This document shows, in pieces, positions 1 through 11,225 of a stretch of 64,000 bases of DNA. The DNA comes from Cyanophyceae cyanobacterium. Lineage in GTDB: Bacteria; Cyanobacteriota; Cyanobacteriia; Cyanobacteriales; Laspinemataceae. The stretch's first letter is position 1. Each line of letters begins with the position of its first letter. Both the position numbers and the translations under genes were made by a program. The stretch is taken from the NCBI GenBank assembly GCA_038321985.1, contig JBBQFN010000025.1, positions 11,140 through 75,139 on the forward strand, given 5' to 3'. Under the pieces are notes generated by a model that saw only the letters and a program-made list of their open reading frames with translations, ran no database searches and was not told the origin of the DNA.

Positions 1-76
1 GTTTATTGAGAAATTTAGGAGCGATGTAGTAAGTCATGGGCTGGGTAAGATAAATCAGAGTGAACAGAGGCAGAGG

Positions 77-212
77 GCGTCAGAAAAATAACCCTTCCAT
101 ATAATTATTTTAGCATCTGACGCACCATTCAAAATCTCAGCAGGGGGTTGGTTACGAGGCGTCAGACCGATAATAATTCTCGTTTGAAAGCAATCATTTT
201 ATGATCTGACGC
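77..212. repeat. Two tandem GCGTCAGA...TCTGACGC inverted-repeat units (REP/MITE-like)
   Basis: GCGTCAGA at 77-84 and 159-166; its reverse complement TCTGACGC at 116-123 and 205-212. The AT-rich spacers differ. Located downstream of prfC. Confidence 0.6.
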
Positions 213-243
213 AGCCAATACGCTCTCTTGCTCCATATAACAA

Positions 244-1884
244 TTATGAGGGAGGCAGGGCAATCGGGCTTAATTTTAATTCAGGATGGTCGGATAAATT
301 TTGGTCCAGATTCCACTGATTATTAAATAACAAAACCGGACGGCCCCATCGGTCTTTCGCGACAAACGTATTAAATAGCCGGCCTGCTTTTTCCAACGGT
401 TCCCAACCTCCCACAACCCATCGCGCTACAGAATAGGGTAAAATTTCTAAGCGAGTTTCCACCCCATATTCATTAGTTAACCGGAACTGCACTACTTCAA
501 ACTGGAGTTGTCCAACGGCAGCTAAAATGGGGTCCCGCTTGCTTTCATCGGTAGAATTAAGGATTTGGACTGCACCTTCTTCTTGCAATTCTGATACCCC
601 TTTATTGAAGTTTTTATACTTCGTCGGGTCAGCATTTTTTAGGAAGGCAAACAGTTCGGGGGAGAAGGAGGGAATTTCCGGATATCGAATGGGTTTTCCC
701 ATACAAACCGTGTCCCCGATCGCAAAGCTACCTGGGTTATTTAATCCAACTACATCTCCAGCATAGGCCACTTCCACGGTTTCCCGGTCTTGAGCAAATA
801 ATTTTTGCGGACGGGAGAGGCGAATCGCTTTACCTGTGCGGGTATGGGTCACTACCATATCTTTTTCAAACTGACCGGAACAGACCCGCAAAAAGGCCAC
901 GCGATCGCGATGTTTGGGGTCCATATTCGCCTGCAATTTGAAAACAAATCCGGAAAATTCAGGATAGGTTGGTGAAATTTCTCCCTGATCGCTTTCATGG
1001 GAGGCAGGGGCGATCGCATAGTCTAAAAATGCCTCTAAAAACAACTCTACTCCAAAGTTATTCATGGCGCTACCAAAGAAGACTGGGGTTAATTGACCCT
1101 GATGAATCGCCTCTAAATCTAGTTTTGGACTGACTCCATCCAACAGTTCTAAATCATCTTGAAGCTGCTGATATAACTCCGGTTCTAGTAAAGATTCTAG
1201 CCGCGGATCGCCCACAGGAATGATAGTATCCGTAACTTTCTTACTGCCCTGGGAGGCGGTTTTTTGAAACAGATGAATTTTTTGCTGCCGGCGATCAACG
1301 ACTCCTTGAAAGCGATCGCCCGTCCCGATCGGCCAATTCACCACATAAGTGCTTAAGCCTAATTCTTGTTCGATTTCATCAATCAAATCTAGGGGCGTTA
1401 AGCTGGGGCGGTCCAGTTTATTAATGAACGTAAAAATTGGCAGTTTCCGCATCCGACAAACTTCAAACAATTTACGGGTTTGAGTCTCCAACCCTTTGGC
1501 CGCATCAATTAGCATCACGGCATTATCTGCGGCAGCCAAAGTTCGATAAGTATCCTCACTAAAATCTTGGTGTCCCGGGGTATCTAACAGGTTCAACAAG
1601 TGTTCTTGATACTGAAATTGTAAAACCGTAGAAGTAATCGAAATACCCCGTTGTTGTTCCATTGCCATCCAGTCCGAGGTAGCGCTACGTTGCGCGCGTT
1701 TGGCTTTCACCGCCCCCGCTTCTTGGATTGCCCCTCCATACAGCAAAAGTTTCTCTGTGAGGGTAGTTTTACCCGCGTCAGGGTGAGAAATAATAGCAAA
1801 ATTTCGGCGGCGATTCACTTCCCAATTGAGGCGATCGTCTGGGGAATTACTCTGTGTTTGTTCCGGTTGCATCTCTAGTTGCAT
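244..1884 (-). CDS. prfC: Peptide chain release factor 3
   Basis: [53 protein letters not shown] and [14 protein letters not shown] are RF3 signatures. Confidence 0.97.
   Translation of the reverse strand: MQLEMQPEQTQSNSPDDRLNWEVNRRRNFAIISHPDAGKTTLTEKLLLYGGAIQEAGAVKAKRAQRSATSDWMAMEQQRGISITSTVLQFQYQEHLLNLLDTPGHQDFSEDTYRTLAAADNAVMLIDAAKGLETQTRKLFEVCRMRKLPIFTFINKLDRPSLTPLDLIDEIEQELGLSTYVVNWPIGTGDRFQGVVDRRQQKIHLFQKTASQGSKKVTDTIIPVGDPRLESLLEPELYQQLQDDLELLDGVSPKLDLEAIHQGQLTPVFFGSAMNNFGVELFLEAFLDYAIAPASHESDQGEISPTYPEFSGFVFKLQANMDPKHRDRVAFLRVCSGQFEKDMVVTHTRTGKAIRLSRPQKLFAQDRETVEVAYAGDVVGLNNPGSFAIGDTVCMGKPIRYPEIPSFSPELFAFLKNADPTKYKNFNKGVSELQEEGAVQILNSTDESKRDPILAAVGQLQFEVVQFRLTNEYGVETRLEILPYSVARWVVGGWEPLEKAGRLFNTFVAKDRWGRPVLLFNNQWNLDQNLSDHPELKLSPIALPPS
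901..908. repeat. HIP1 octamer GCGATCGC (one representative; dispersed across the window)
   Basis: Exact copies at 901, 1010, 1312, 2013 and many more sites, in both coding and intergenic DNA. HIP1 is a cyanobacterial hallmark. Confidence 0.95.
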
Positions 1885-2089
1885 GACATTCGTTCCTCAA
1901 ATGGCGTTCAGGGTTAGGACTCAGAAATGGGTGAAAAGGGTTGCTGAAGTTCATTATAGCTAATGCTTTCTTTTTCTTAAACCCTGGATAACCCTTCTTT
2001 GAGTACATTTAGGCGATCGCCCATCCACGGGTTACCTGGAATTAACCCTGAACTCCCTAATTTTTCTAAGCGACATTTCACTTTGCCCG

Positions 2090-3208
2090 TTGCGCCAACG
2101 ACGATGTAAATTTGTTGGAAGTAGCATCAATCTTTGTGGAGACAATTGGCCCTCTAGGGAAGCAACCCAAACCCGATCGCCCTCCACCCCATCCAACCAA
2201 AAACCTGAAAAACGGCACGACTTCACCGAAGCGCCGGAACCCGATTGCGAAGCGTCTGCGTCGCAGAATCGCCTCCATAACCGTAGCAATGAAATAACGA
2301 CCCTTAAAAACTGGATACTCCATGACAAAATCCGCATTGTCAATCTCTTTGGGTTGCCGGGAATGGGTAAAACTGCCCTGGGGAGAGAACTGGTGGAACA
2401 GATTCAAGAGAATTTTGACTGTATCCTCTGGCGCAACTGTACCAATACTCTGACGCTACAATGCCTAAAAAGTCAATTAATTGATTTGTTATCGGCAAAT
2501 GGAGAAACCCAACTGCCTTCTGTGATTGACTATCTGCGATCGCACTCCTGCCTAATTATCCTTGATGAACTTCAGGAACTCTTTGCCGATGGGGAATTAG
2601 CCGGAACTTATCTGCCTGAGTGTCAAGATTATGGCAAATTCTGGGAACAAATCCCCCGATCGCCTCACCAGAGTTGCTTCCTCCTCCTCAGTTGGGAAAC
2701 CCCGACAGAAATCACCAACTTAGAAAGAGAAAACCGTCACTGTCGGAGTTTAAAATTGCTTGGTTTAGGAGAGTCGGCAGTAGAAATATTGCACTCTAAA
2801 GGATTAACTGATCCAGATAAATGGGGGGAAATGCTCCAAATTTACGGCGGTAACCCTTCCTGGTTAAATATCATTGCTTCTACGATTCAAGATTTATTTG
2901 ATGGCAGTGTTGATCGCTTCTTATCCTATCCTAGTCTCTTTCTTGGAGACTTGGAATCCAAATTGCAAGGGTATTATCAACGGTTGTCGGAGGCGGAAAA
3001 ACTGGTGATTCGGTGGTTGTCAAACCAGGAAGCAGCGGATATTTTTCAAAACCCGGTTGAGCTGGTGTTGTCTGATGCTGACTTTTTGAAGGCGGTACAG
3101 TCTTTGAAGAAGCGCGGGTTAATTGAGAAATTTACTGAGAATGGATTGTCTCTGTTTGCCGTTCAGGTTTTATTTAAAGCGTATTTGATAGGGGGAGGCA
3201 ACGACTGA
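2090..3208 (+). CDS. NB-ARC/STAND-like P-loop ATPase with C-terminal winged helix, probably 5'-truncated
   Basis: Walker A GLPGMGKT, Walker B LIILDEL, YGGNPSWL (GxP motif), then a helical/wHTH tail. It has only a TTG start, with no in-frame ATG back to the upstream stop at 2000-2002. Confidence 0.7.
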   Translation: MRQRRCKFVGSSINLCGDNWPSREATQTRSPSTPSNQKPEKRHDFTEAPEPDCEASASQNRLHNRSNEITTLKNWILHDKIRIVNLFGLPGMGKTALGRELVEQIQENFDCILWRNCTNTLTLQCLKSQLIDLLSANGETQLPSVIDYLRSHSCLIILDELQELFADGELAGTYLPECQDYGKFWEQIPRSPHQSCFLLLSWETPTEITNLERENRHCRSLKLLGLGESAVEILHSKGLTDPDKWGEMLQIYGGNPSWLNIIASTIQDLFDGSVDRFLSYPSLFLGDLESKLQGYYQRLSEAEKLVIRWLSNQEAADIFQNPVELVLSDADFLKAVQSLKKRGLIEKFTENGLSLFAVQVLFKAYLIGGGND

Positions 3209-3218
3209 AGTCGTTACT
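3200..3218. repeat. REP-like element AACGACTGAAGTCGTTACTA(C) (reverse complement GTAGTAACGACTTCAGTCGTT)
   Basis: Related copies at ~3238, ~4998-5018, ~32003 and ~32056. Short palindrome next to a GTAG tetranucleotide. Confidence 0.65.
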
Positions 3219-3301
3219 AAAAACAGCAGAAAAGAAGGACTGAAGTCGTGACCTTGAACTGGGGAATAAAAAATCCAGCTTTTAAACCTTGATTTTGAAT
3301 T

Positions 3302-3319
3302 AGCCCGCGCAGGCGGGCT
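3302..3319. repeat. CCCGCGCAGGCGGG palindromic intergenic repeat
   Basis: agcccgcgcaggcgggct lies between convergent genes; a second copy is at ~28391-28407. Confidence 0.6.
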
Positions 3320-3359
3320 TTGTTCTTGTAACTCCAGCTTTTAGGTTGCTGGGTGATTT

Positions 3360-4877
3360 CTAGAAATCAAAGTAAATATAAGGTAAGCCGCCTTCGGGGG
3401 CAAAAATCCAAACGGCGTACAAACAAATGGGAACTAAGGCAATTTTAATCGGCCAATTAAGCTGCAATTTTAAGCCCCGATTCATGGCATAACTTAGGGT
3501 CATTAATAGCCAAATTAAGACTAATAACAAGGTAACTTCAATGCGTTCTAACCCTAGGGTTTCTCGATAAACTTTCTCGGCGAATTGTATATCTCCCGGA
3601 TGTCCCCAAAAATGCTGCATGACCCATCCGGCTTCTGCTAGGTTGGGCAGTCGGAAGGGAATCCAGGCTAAAAAGACCAGGGTTTGAGTGAGAAACCAAC
3701 CGAGTAGAATCCCGGGGATGCTTTTCCACCAGAGTTTTAACCAGTCAACTCGTTTTGAAAGTATATCGGTGAGGCGATGCAGTGCCAAGGCGATGCCATG
3801 GACTGCACCCCAGAGGATAAATCCCCAGGCGGCACCGTGCCAAATTCCGGCGATTAACATGACAATGATTAAGTTGAGGCAGGTGCGTGCTAATCCAACC
3901 CGTGAACCTCCCAGGGGAAAGTATAGATAGTTTCGCAGCCAATCTCCTAATGTGATGTGCCAGCGTCGCCAAAAGTCGGCGATGCTGGTACTGAAGTAGG
4001 GGAAGTTGAAGTTTTTGGGGAGGTTGAATCCGAGGAGAATAGCGCTGCCTCGGGCGATATCGACGTAACCGCTAAAGTCCAGAAACAGTTGCAAGCCATA
4101 GGCTATGGTAGCAAGCCATAGGTCACCGCTGCCAGCCCGTTGGACGTTTTCAAAGCTGAGGGTCGCAAATATTCCGAGGCGATCGGCGACGACTCCTTTT
4201 TTGAATGCGCCACAGGCAATCAACCAGAGTCCCTCTACCCAGTCATGGGAGGAGGGAAAAATCAGGGTTTTGAGTTGCCGTTGGAAGTGATGATAGCGGG
4301 TAATGGGGCCGGAGATGAGTTTGGGAAAGAAGAGTTTATAGGATGCAAAGCGTAGAAATTGGGCTGAGGCGGGGGAACCTCGATAGACGTCGATCAGGTA
4401 GGCGATACATTCAAAGGTAAAAAAACTCAGTCCCAGTGGGGGAAGAATGTTGGTTTGAAACCAAGTGGCGGTTTCTTGGACGGGGGGTAAATCAAATGAG
4501 GTCCCTATGGTGTTGAAGATAAAGGGAATGTATTTGAAGCCCGCTAGTAGCAAGATGTTGAATAGAATACCGCCCCATAATCCAATGAGGCGGCGGCGTT
4601 CCCAGGCGGCAAATTGGGTTTGCCAGTCGTTGGTAGTCAGTTGCCAGGTTTGGGGATGGGGTTGACGTTCGGAGGTTTTGGCGATCGCCCGTCCAATCCG
4701 ATAGTTAATCCAGGTCCCTGCCAGCAACAGGGGAATGTACTGCACCTGGAGGGAGGCATAAAAGACTAAGCTGGCGATTAACAGAATCCACAGGCGCGAT
4801 CGCTGTTTATTAACGTTCCAGTAGATACCCAGAATACTCAGGAGAAAGAGGGCGTAGACAATCGAGATAAATGTCAT
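3360..4877 (-). CDS. MBOAT family O-acyltransferase (AlgI/DltB-like)
   Basis: PPLGLSFFTF, FFPKLISGPI, DFSGYVDIA, DFWRRWHITL and catalytic GIWHGA; multiple TM segments. Confidence 0.92.
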   Translation of the reverse strand: MTFISIVYALFLLSILGIYWNVNKQRSRLWILLIASLVFYASLQVQYIPLLLAGTWINYRIGRAIAKTSERQPHPQTWQLTTNDWQTQFAAWERRRLIGLWGGILFNILLLAGFKYIPFIFNTIGTSFDLPPVQETATWFQTNILPPLGLSFFTFECIAYLIDVYRGSPASAQFLRFASYKLFFPKLISGPITRYHHFQRQLKTLIFPSSHDWVEGLWLIACGAFKKGVVADRLGIFATLSFENVQRAGSGDLWLATIAYGLQLFLDFSGYVDIARGSAILLGFNLPKNFNFPYFSTSIADFWRRWHITLGDWLRNYLYFPLGGSRVGLARTCLNLIIVMLIAGIWHGAAWGFILWGAVHGIALALHRLTDILSKRVDWLKLWWKSIPGILLGWFLTQTLVFLAWIPFRLPNLAEAGWVMQHFWGHPGDIQFAEKVYRETLGLERIEVTLLLVLIWLLMTLSYAMNRGLKLQLNWPIKIALVPICLYAVWIFAPEGGLPYIYFDF

Positions 4878-5045
4878 GTGCCGGTTTGTTAAAAGAAGGG
4901 GTCAGCAGGATTTAGGGAACAGGAAAATGAGGTGAAGCACGGGAGTTAAGGTGCTTCCACAGAATTGTACTTCATCTGCTCTCCTGCGGAAGCGGGGAAC
5001 GACTCAAGTCGTTACTACAAACCGGAAGAAGCAACTTATGTCGTA

Positions 5046-5090
5046 ATCTCCCCCATCTTCCCCATCTTCCCCATCTCCCTCAACCTCAAC
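5046..5090. repeat. Short tandem 9-mer repeat (CCCCATCTT)n
   Basis: ccccatcttccccatcttccccatctccc. Similar degenerate 9-mer array at ~23000-23080. Confidence 0.7.
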
Positions 5091-7947
5091 CCGACTGGAA
5101 CTGCGCCTCTATGGTTTTATCAATGCGATCGCGGGTTTCCTCTAGGTGGGCTTTACTTGCTGTATCCAAATGCCGTCCTCGCTTTCTGAGGGCATTATCA
5201 ATTTCGCCTTGGAGTTGCCGTAAGTTATAGCGGGCAAGGGTGCGGGCTTCATCAGGAACGCTGGAACTCCGCAACACCATCCCGATTAACATCCCTAAAT
5301 GTTCCCGTTGTAGACTGCGGCGGACACTAGAAATTACTGTCAGGTCCTTTCCGCGATCGAGCACCTCGGTCCAAATTCCCCCTTCTAAGGTATTAAACAG
5401 TTCCTGCATCGTCAAGGCTTGACCCGGTTCAGTTTTTAATTCTAAATCCTGTAAGCGCATCAAGCGTGGATAGGATAGCAACTCTCGCAGAACTACCCGT
5501 TGCAGTAAGTTAATCCGTTGATGAATCGGATAATCCAGAGGGTACACCACCGGAACCGCACCCCAGTGATACCAGCGATCGGGCGCTAATTTATTCAGCA
5601 GTTGCGGTGGAAATTGTAACGCCGTTTCATCGAAAATGTACTTTTGCAGTAATGCCAAACTCTGACGCTGTTTCTCCACAGACACGGCTTCAAAAGGCAA
5701 GCGTCCGTTACCGTCGGCATGATTGCGGTTAAACCATTGGCCCCCGATATAGAGAGTCGCATTCATTGCCTGTCGGAAATAATAGGAAAACACTGTATCA
5801 AACATCGGCAAGACATCGGTGAAACTCTCCCCACTAGCGGGATAGCGTTTATCAAGGCGTTCCCACATTTGCTTGGCATTTTCTAACTGCCACTCGGAAT
5901 ATTTCAGCATATCCCCGCTGAGGTCAAACATATTCGCCGCCGGGTTGAGAATATCCATGGAATCCTCATCTGGGGCGTATGCTAAATCGGGGTTGCTACT
6001 ACTCGCATCAGCAATTTCTTGGAGTTCCCGCAGTTCTTGTTGGGGAAGCATCGCCTTCAGGGGTTTATACCCGTATTCGATCGCCCATTCATCATAAGGA
6101 CCGACTAACATCGGGAAAAAGTCACCCTGTTTCTGGTCGCTGGGTGCCAAGTTCACGGGTACATAGTCCATAACGGAGGCAACCATACCTTGTGTGCGAG
6201 TAATCGCTGTATTATGCAACTCCTCCGGTTCTAACATCGTACTGCCGTGGAAGTTATGGCGCAGTCCCAAAGTATGACCGACTTCGTGGGCGGTGAGGAA
6301 CGTTAAATACTGATTGATATATGCTGTCATTTCCTCACCTTGGGGAAATGCATTATGGAACAGAGACAAACCCATTGCCCCGATCGCCAACTGCTGAGGC
6401 GCTTCCATGCCATAGCAAAGGTCGTATCTTTCCATCATCTTTCTGACGAAGGTGTGAACCTGGGGGGGTTGCTGGACGGGGGCACTGGCATTTCCCATCA
6501 GGGCTGGATTGTTGCCAACTCCCGGACTCCCATTCATCCCGGGAACGCATGAAGTCCCCTCTAACATTTTGCCCAAGAAGGACATTTCTGAAGCATTCGG
6601 GTCTTTTTGAATCAGGGTCCGATATTCATTCTTGATATTTCGTACGATATTCCCATCAATGAGAATATCCGCATCTAAAATTTCCCCGGTGAGGGGATTG
6701 ACGCGAGAGGGCCCGACTCCGGCAAACCAGGACTCGAATGAACTGGACCAGCGAATGGTGTTGTAACGCACATCTGAAGGATCCCAAACGGCATCATCAG
6801 GCATCTGACGGGCTTCGATCGCATTTAGAAACCCGGCTTTTTCAAATGCCTGATTCCAGACTTCTATGCCTTCACGAATCGCATCCCGATATTCTAGGGG
6901 AACATTGTTTTCGATCCAAAAAACAATTGGTTTTTTTGCCGGGGAGAGTGCGGCATCCGGGTTTTCTTTTTCCAAATGCCAGCGGTTGATATAGCGCTGG
7001 AATGGTTCTTTACTCTGATCGTCAGACAAATTTTGATAGGCGGTAATAAAATAGCCGACTCGGTTATCCGCTAACCGGGGACGATAGCCATTGCTAACGG
7101 GAAGTGCTGAGAAGCTATAGTTCACGTTCAGGGAAAAACCCCGACTATCGGCCAGACTTTGGACGTCAGCAAATATATCCTCACCGCCCGTGAAGCCATA
7201 GACAGACTCAATTTCCACATTGGTGGGGAAGGTTTGAATTCGACCAAAATAAGATTTGTCGCTATCTCTGGTGTAGGCTGACCCTAAAAGCCAGGGTAAA
7301 AGCGAGGTCAAGCCGGTTAAATCCTGGCGATCAATCAGCAGTTGATTAAGGTCAATTAGCAGGCTTTCCCGGTCGGGATGTATGCTTTTAATGGGTAAAG
7401 AGGCAATCACGGAATCGCTAAAAGATCGGTTTAGCGATCGCTCGACAGGATCTCCGGGGCGAGCACGGAAATAAACATTCCTCACCCCAAAATGGAGGTT
7501 TTTATTCACCCGTTTAAAGAAAAAGAGAAAATCTTGTAGAGGCATTCCCCGGAACAATCCTCCTTCTCCAATCCCGGATGCTAAAGTCATCACGCATAAG
7601 AAGTTTGTGTCCAGTTGTGCCGGCTGAACCTCCAGGTAAACTTTGCCGGTTTTCTTCTGGTGATAGAGGGTGAAGAGTCCATCTAGCTTTTCCGCATCTT
7701 TCACTACCTCTTCAAAATCTTCCAAGGAATCGCTATCTTCGCTGTCCTCACTATCTTCGTTCTCTTCGCTGTTCTCACTATCTTCGCTTTCATCTCCCCA
7801 TTCATCCGCTGTGGGAACGGGTATGTTTTGACTGTAATACCTGGGTTCAGGCATTTGGCTGCTGGCTTGACCTGAAAACAGTCCCAAGGTTACCGGCAAT
7901 ATGAAAAATGCCAAAAACAAGATTAATAAGCGCTTGACTTTTGACAT
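5086..7947 (-). CDS. Secreted zinc-dependent metalloprotease (DUF5117/DUF4953, EcxA-like metzincin)
   Basis: HEVGHTLGLRH zinc motif, SVMDY Met-turn, PRLADNRVGYF and YINRWHL. Signal peptide follows MSKVKR (ATG 7947; the ORF track starts at 8070). Acidic low-complexity linker near the N-terminus. Confidence 0.88.
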   Translation of the reverse strand: MSKVKRLLILFLAFFILPVTLGLFSGQASSQMPEPRYYSQNIPVPTADEWGDESEDSENSEENEDSEDSEDSDSLEDFEEVVKDAEKLDGLFTLYHQKKTGKVYLEVQPAQLDTNFLCVMTLASGIGEGGLFRGMPLQDFLFFFKRVNKNLHFGVRNVYFRARPGDPVERSLNRSFSDSVIASLPIKSIHPDRESLLIDLNQLLIDRQDLTGLTSLLPWLLGSAYTRDSDKSYFGRIQTFPTNVEIESVYGFTGGEDIFADVQSLADSRGFSLNVNYSFSALPVSNGYRPRLADNRVGYFITAYQNLSDDQSKEPFQRYINRWHLEKENPDAALSPAKKPIVFWIENNVPLEYRDAIREGIEVWNQAFEKAGFLNAIEARQMPDDAVWDPSDVRYNTIRWSSSFESWFAGVGPSRVNPLTGEILDADILIDGNIVRNIKNEYRTLIQKDPNASEMSFLGKMLEGTSCVPGMNGSPGVGNNPALMGNASAPVQQPPQVHTFVRKMMERYDLCYGMEAPQQLAIGAMGLSLFHNAFPQGEEMTAYINQYLTFLTAHEVGHTLGLRHNFHGSTMLEPEELHNTAITRTQGMVASVMDYVPVNLAPSDQKQGDFFPMLVGPYDEWAIEYGYKPLKAMLPQQELRELQEIADASSSNPDLAYAPDEDSMDILNPAANMFDLSGDMLKYSEWQLENAKQMWERLDKRYPASGESFTDVLPMFDTVFSYYFRQAMNATLYIGGQWFNRNHADGNGRLPFEAVSVEKQRQSLALLQKYIFDETALQFPPQLLNKLAPDRWYHWGAVPVVYPLDYPIHQRINLLQRVVLRELLSYPRLMRLQDLELKTEPGQALTMQELFNTLEGGIWTEVLDRGKDLTVISSVRRSLQREHLGMLIGMVLRSSSVPDEARTLARYNLRQLQGEIDNALRKRGRHLDTASKAHLEETRDRIDKTIEAQFQSG

Positions 7948-8945
7948 CTTCTGCCTTCCATTTAACTGGAAGTACAGGGAAAAAAATGTCGCTAGACTCT
8001 GCCTAATTTTTATGAAGAACCGCTTTAGGAAATTCCTTTCGGACGCGAACTTTCTCATCAGACGATGCATTAATATTTAGGGTGTATATTGAGGGGCGAC
8101 TACATTCGAGGGAGAATGGTTGACCGTGGGAGTCCTACTCAAGACAATTGTAATTGTGCATAAACTGTGATTTTACGGATCTAACATATAATTCCCCTAT
8201 CTCGGATTGAAATAAGCACTAACAGCGCCGATCAATGCGGATCGAGGTCGATGGGCATCAAGGGTAGAAAGCTGTGCTTTATTATTCTAGGGTAGCGGTT
8301 GTATCTCAAAATGGCGATAGATTTAGCGCGATCGCGCTTCTGCCTTCCCAATCCCCTGAGATTCCATTGCACAGCAGTGCAGTCCCCTCCCTCTGTTCTT
8401 CTGTCTGGAGTCAGGTTCAAGGGAGCATAGGAGACCGCAGTCACCCTCATAGGAAAAGCCCACTCCCCAAATTATCCCCCTGCTTCAACAGGAGCGAGAT
8501 CCCCTTGATCGCGACTGGTTTTCTCTCCCTTACCACCACCGTCAGCACCCTAATTTTTTGAAGCCCAAAACCGACAGGCTTTCTCACTCATTCAACCTGC
8601 GGCATTATAATTTAGAGAGTAAATGTTCGCCGGGAATGTACTGCCTTTAATTTTATTATTATATCCTACTTCTAAGGTTTAATTCTCAGTTGTCTTGTTA
8701 AGAATTTTAAAACCTTACCCGGTATAGCTTCATCTTATCCCTAAAAAAAGCCACGGATTGAGGAGGATTTTCTAGGCTTTTATAAACCCTTAATACTTTA
8801 CTCCTCCCAGTCTAGATTTTTGACAAAAATGCAGATTCAACCCGCCACCGCACCCATTCCGGCCCCCTTTCCGAGTAAAGGGGAGGGGACCATTCCTAGC
8901 TCGAACGTGAGGAATTGATGACTCTATCCGTTCGATCCGAGTCTC

Positions 8946-11225
8946 CTAAGGAGAGTCACTCCTCACTCCCTCCATGGGATCGATCGGCATAGTTGGCGCA
9001 GAAGTGGCAGGGAAGTCAGATGGATTCAATGGCGCTTCTGACGGGGAGAGGGGAGGATTTACTGAATCCGTGGGGGTTTCTCCGGTAAAGGGAGCAGTAG
9101 TAGGAGTGGCTTCGATCGCCGGAGTCGGTTGGATCACTTGGACTGGAGGAGGATTGAGGATAGTTTCCCATGCCTCAATTTCTCCCTGTGCCTGATTGTG
9201 TAGATTTGAATAAAGTGGAATCATGCGCGCGAGCTCAATCGCTTGAGGAAGATTCTCCAAAGAGCGTTCTTGGGCCAGCCCTAAAATCCGTTGACTCCAG
9301 TCTTGAATGGCTGCATCCGCACTAAAGCGCAAATTCGACTTAGAAGAAACTTGATTTGCCAAATCCATTGCTTGAATCAAACGATCGGGGCTTTGAGAGA
9401 CATCCCCAAGCTGATAAGCGCGGTCAAGGAGTTGGCGATCGCGACCTTCCTGCTGCCAGGTTTGGATGGCCGACTGGGCCTCATCGTAAAGCAAGCGACC
9501 CGGACGAATTCCTTGGGCCGTAGCGATCGCCGCATTTAAGTTTCCCCATTGAGCCAAATTCCAGGCTCGGTCTAAAATAGGCTGGTCTTCAAGTCGTTGA
9601 ATGGCCTCAGTCCATTTCCCAATTTTGTCCTGGGCCTCTGAGTACAAAGCCCGACCTGACCCCACACGGCTAGCGCTATCAATAGCCGCTTGCAACGAAG
9701 CGCGATCGCCGTAACTTGCTAATTGTTCAGCTTGTCTCAGGTAGGGCTGGTCTTCTGTCACCTGAATGCGGCCTTCCCATTCATCAATTTCTTCCTGGGC
9801 TCGATCCCAGACCAGATTGGTGCGACTCACCAGTTGAGCTTGGGCGATCGCCGAGCGCAAATTGTTAACATTTCCACCCATCGCCAGATTTCGCGCCTGT
9901 TCTAGATACGCAACATCTTTGATGCTATCTTGCCACTGAGAGATTAACCGTTTTGCTTCTAAATGTAGCGGGCGATCCGGTCCAATGCTTTGGGCTTTAG
10001 CGATCGCATCTTCCAAAGACCGCACCGTTACCCGAGTCGCAATGGATTTAGCCCGAGTCAGTTCGATGAAATCCTCCGCTTCTTTTTTAACCGAACTGTT
10101 AGTTGGAATTTGGCGGGCAACATAAATGGCATCTTCCCACTTCTGCTCCTCTCCATTTTGACGGGCTAAGGCTAGCATCTGCTTAGCAAAATCAGTAGCT
10201 AGAGAGCGAGATTTTTTATATAACTTGCTCTGGGGCTCAATTTTTTCCACCAAGGCGATCGCTTCTTGGAGATTTTTGATGGCTCCTGCTTTAGCTAAAC
10301 TTCGGGCCTTCTCCAGAGTTTGGCCTTCTTGCTGAGTTATGCGGATCAGTTTGCTCAAGTCATCGTAGCGAACCGTTTCCCAGTAAGTATTCTCCACGGA
10401 AAGCAGTTGTCGCATATAGCCTAGAGCTTGGTTCCAGTCTTCCTTTTCCAACTCCGACTCAGCATTTTTATAAAATTTTTCCGCCTCATTCCAGATTGAC
10501 TCCCAGCGATCGACACGCTCTTGGACTAAGCCATAAGCTGTTGTATTGCTGGGAATCTGACGGGCCGTAGAGATCGATTCCGACAGCTTACCTTCATTAA
10601 ATATTTTTTCCGCCAAATCCAGGAGTTGCCCCGCCCATTTTTCGATCTGACGATTGATTTCCGGGCGCAGTGGGTGGTCTTGAGGAAGTTGATTCACCTC
10701 AGCGATCGCCCGTAAAAACCCGTCTACCGTTTGTTCCCTAGCCAGTTGTTGCGCGCAGTATAGATGCTCGGAACCCGAGACCCACGTACTCTCTCCACAA
10801 TTGGGCGTCTCGGGAAGGCGCAATAACATTAGCAGTGCCGTTCCCCCGAGTCCCCCCGTCAGCAAAAAGGTAACCAGCGCCCACAATTGCCAGTTCGTCA
10901 TCCATCGGAGCCACCCCGGGACATCGATAGGGGAAGACCCACCGTCTCGATAGCCGCGACCTAACCCTTGTTGATCCTTTTTTCTCTGTCCGAAGCGATT
11001 TTTGCTCCGAGACGCTTCGCGATTAGCTGCGTCTTGTCCGGAGGATGGGTCCGGGGTCGAAGGCGGAAGGTGAAGATAGGAACCCCGACGAGAACCCGAC
11101 CCCGCAGTAGTCCCTGTGAATCCAGACAGGGACGATCTAGGCATTCTCGCCGACGAGTCAGGTTGTCCGGACTCCGACGGCTGGGCTTTAGGCCACTGTT
11201 CTGGAAATTCGCGATCTTTTGTCAT
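8946..11225 (-). CDS. Conserved cyanobacterial single-pass membrane protein with helical repeats
   Basis: Disordered N-terminus, TM WQLWALVTFLLTGGLGGTALLMLL, Cys pair PNC...LYCAQ, repeated AI..A..I.P...LY.EAQ..I..W units and a Pro-rich tail. No Walker motifs. Confidence 0.7.
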   Translation of the reverse strand: MTKDREFPEQWPKAQPSESGQPDSSARMPRSSLSGFTGTTAGSGSRRGSYLHLPPSTPDPSSGQDAANREASRSKNRFGQRKKDQQGLGRGYRDGGSSPIDVPGWLRWMTNWQLWALVTFLLTGGLGGTALLMLLRLPETPNCGESTWVSGSEHLYCAQQLAREQTVDGFLRAIAEVNQLPQDHPLRPEINRQIEKWAGQLLDLAEKIFNEGKLSESISTARQIPSNTTAYGLVQERVDRWESIWNEAEKFYKNAESELEKEDWNQALGYMRQLLSVENTYWETVRYDDLSKLIRITQQEGQTLEKARSLAKAGAIKNLQEAIALVEKIEPQSKLYKKSRSLATDFAKQMLALARQNGEEQKWEDAIYVARQIPTNSSVKKEAEDFIELTRAKSIATRVTVRSLEDAIAKAQSIGPDRPLHLEAKRLISQWQDSIKDVAYLEQARNLAMGGNVNNLRSAIAQAQLVSRTNLVWDRAQEEIDEWEGRIQVTEDQPYLRQAEQLASYGDRASLQAAIDSASRVGSGRALYSEAQDKIGKWTEAIQRLEDQPILDRAWNLAQWGNLNAAIATAQGIRPGRLLYDEAQSAIQTWQQEGRDRQLLDRAYQLGDVSQSPDRLIQAMDLANQVSSKSNLRFSADAAIQDWSQRILGLAQERSLENLPQAIELARMIPLYSNLHNQAQGEIEAWETILNPPPVQVIQPTPAIEATPTTAPFTGETPTDSVNPPLSPSEAPLNPSDFPATSAPTMPIDPMEGVRSDSP

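Noticed and set aside
8946..11225. ATPase/SMC function for the 759-aa protein
   Set aside because: No Walker A/B motifs; it is a TM-anchored helical-repeat protein.
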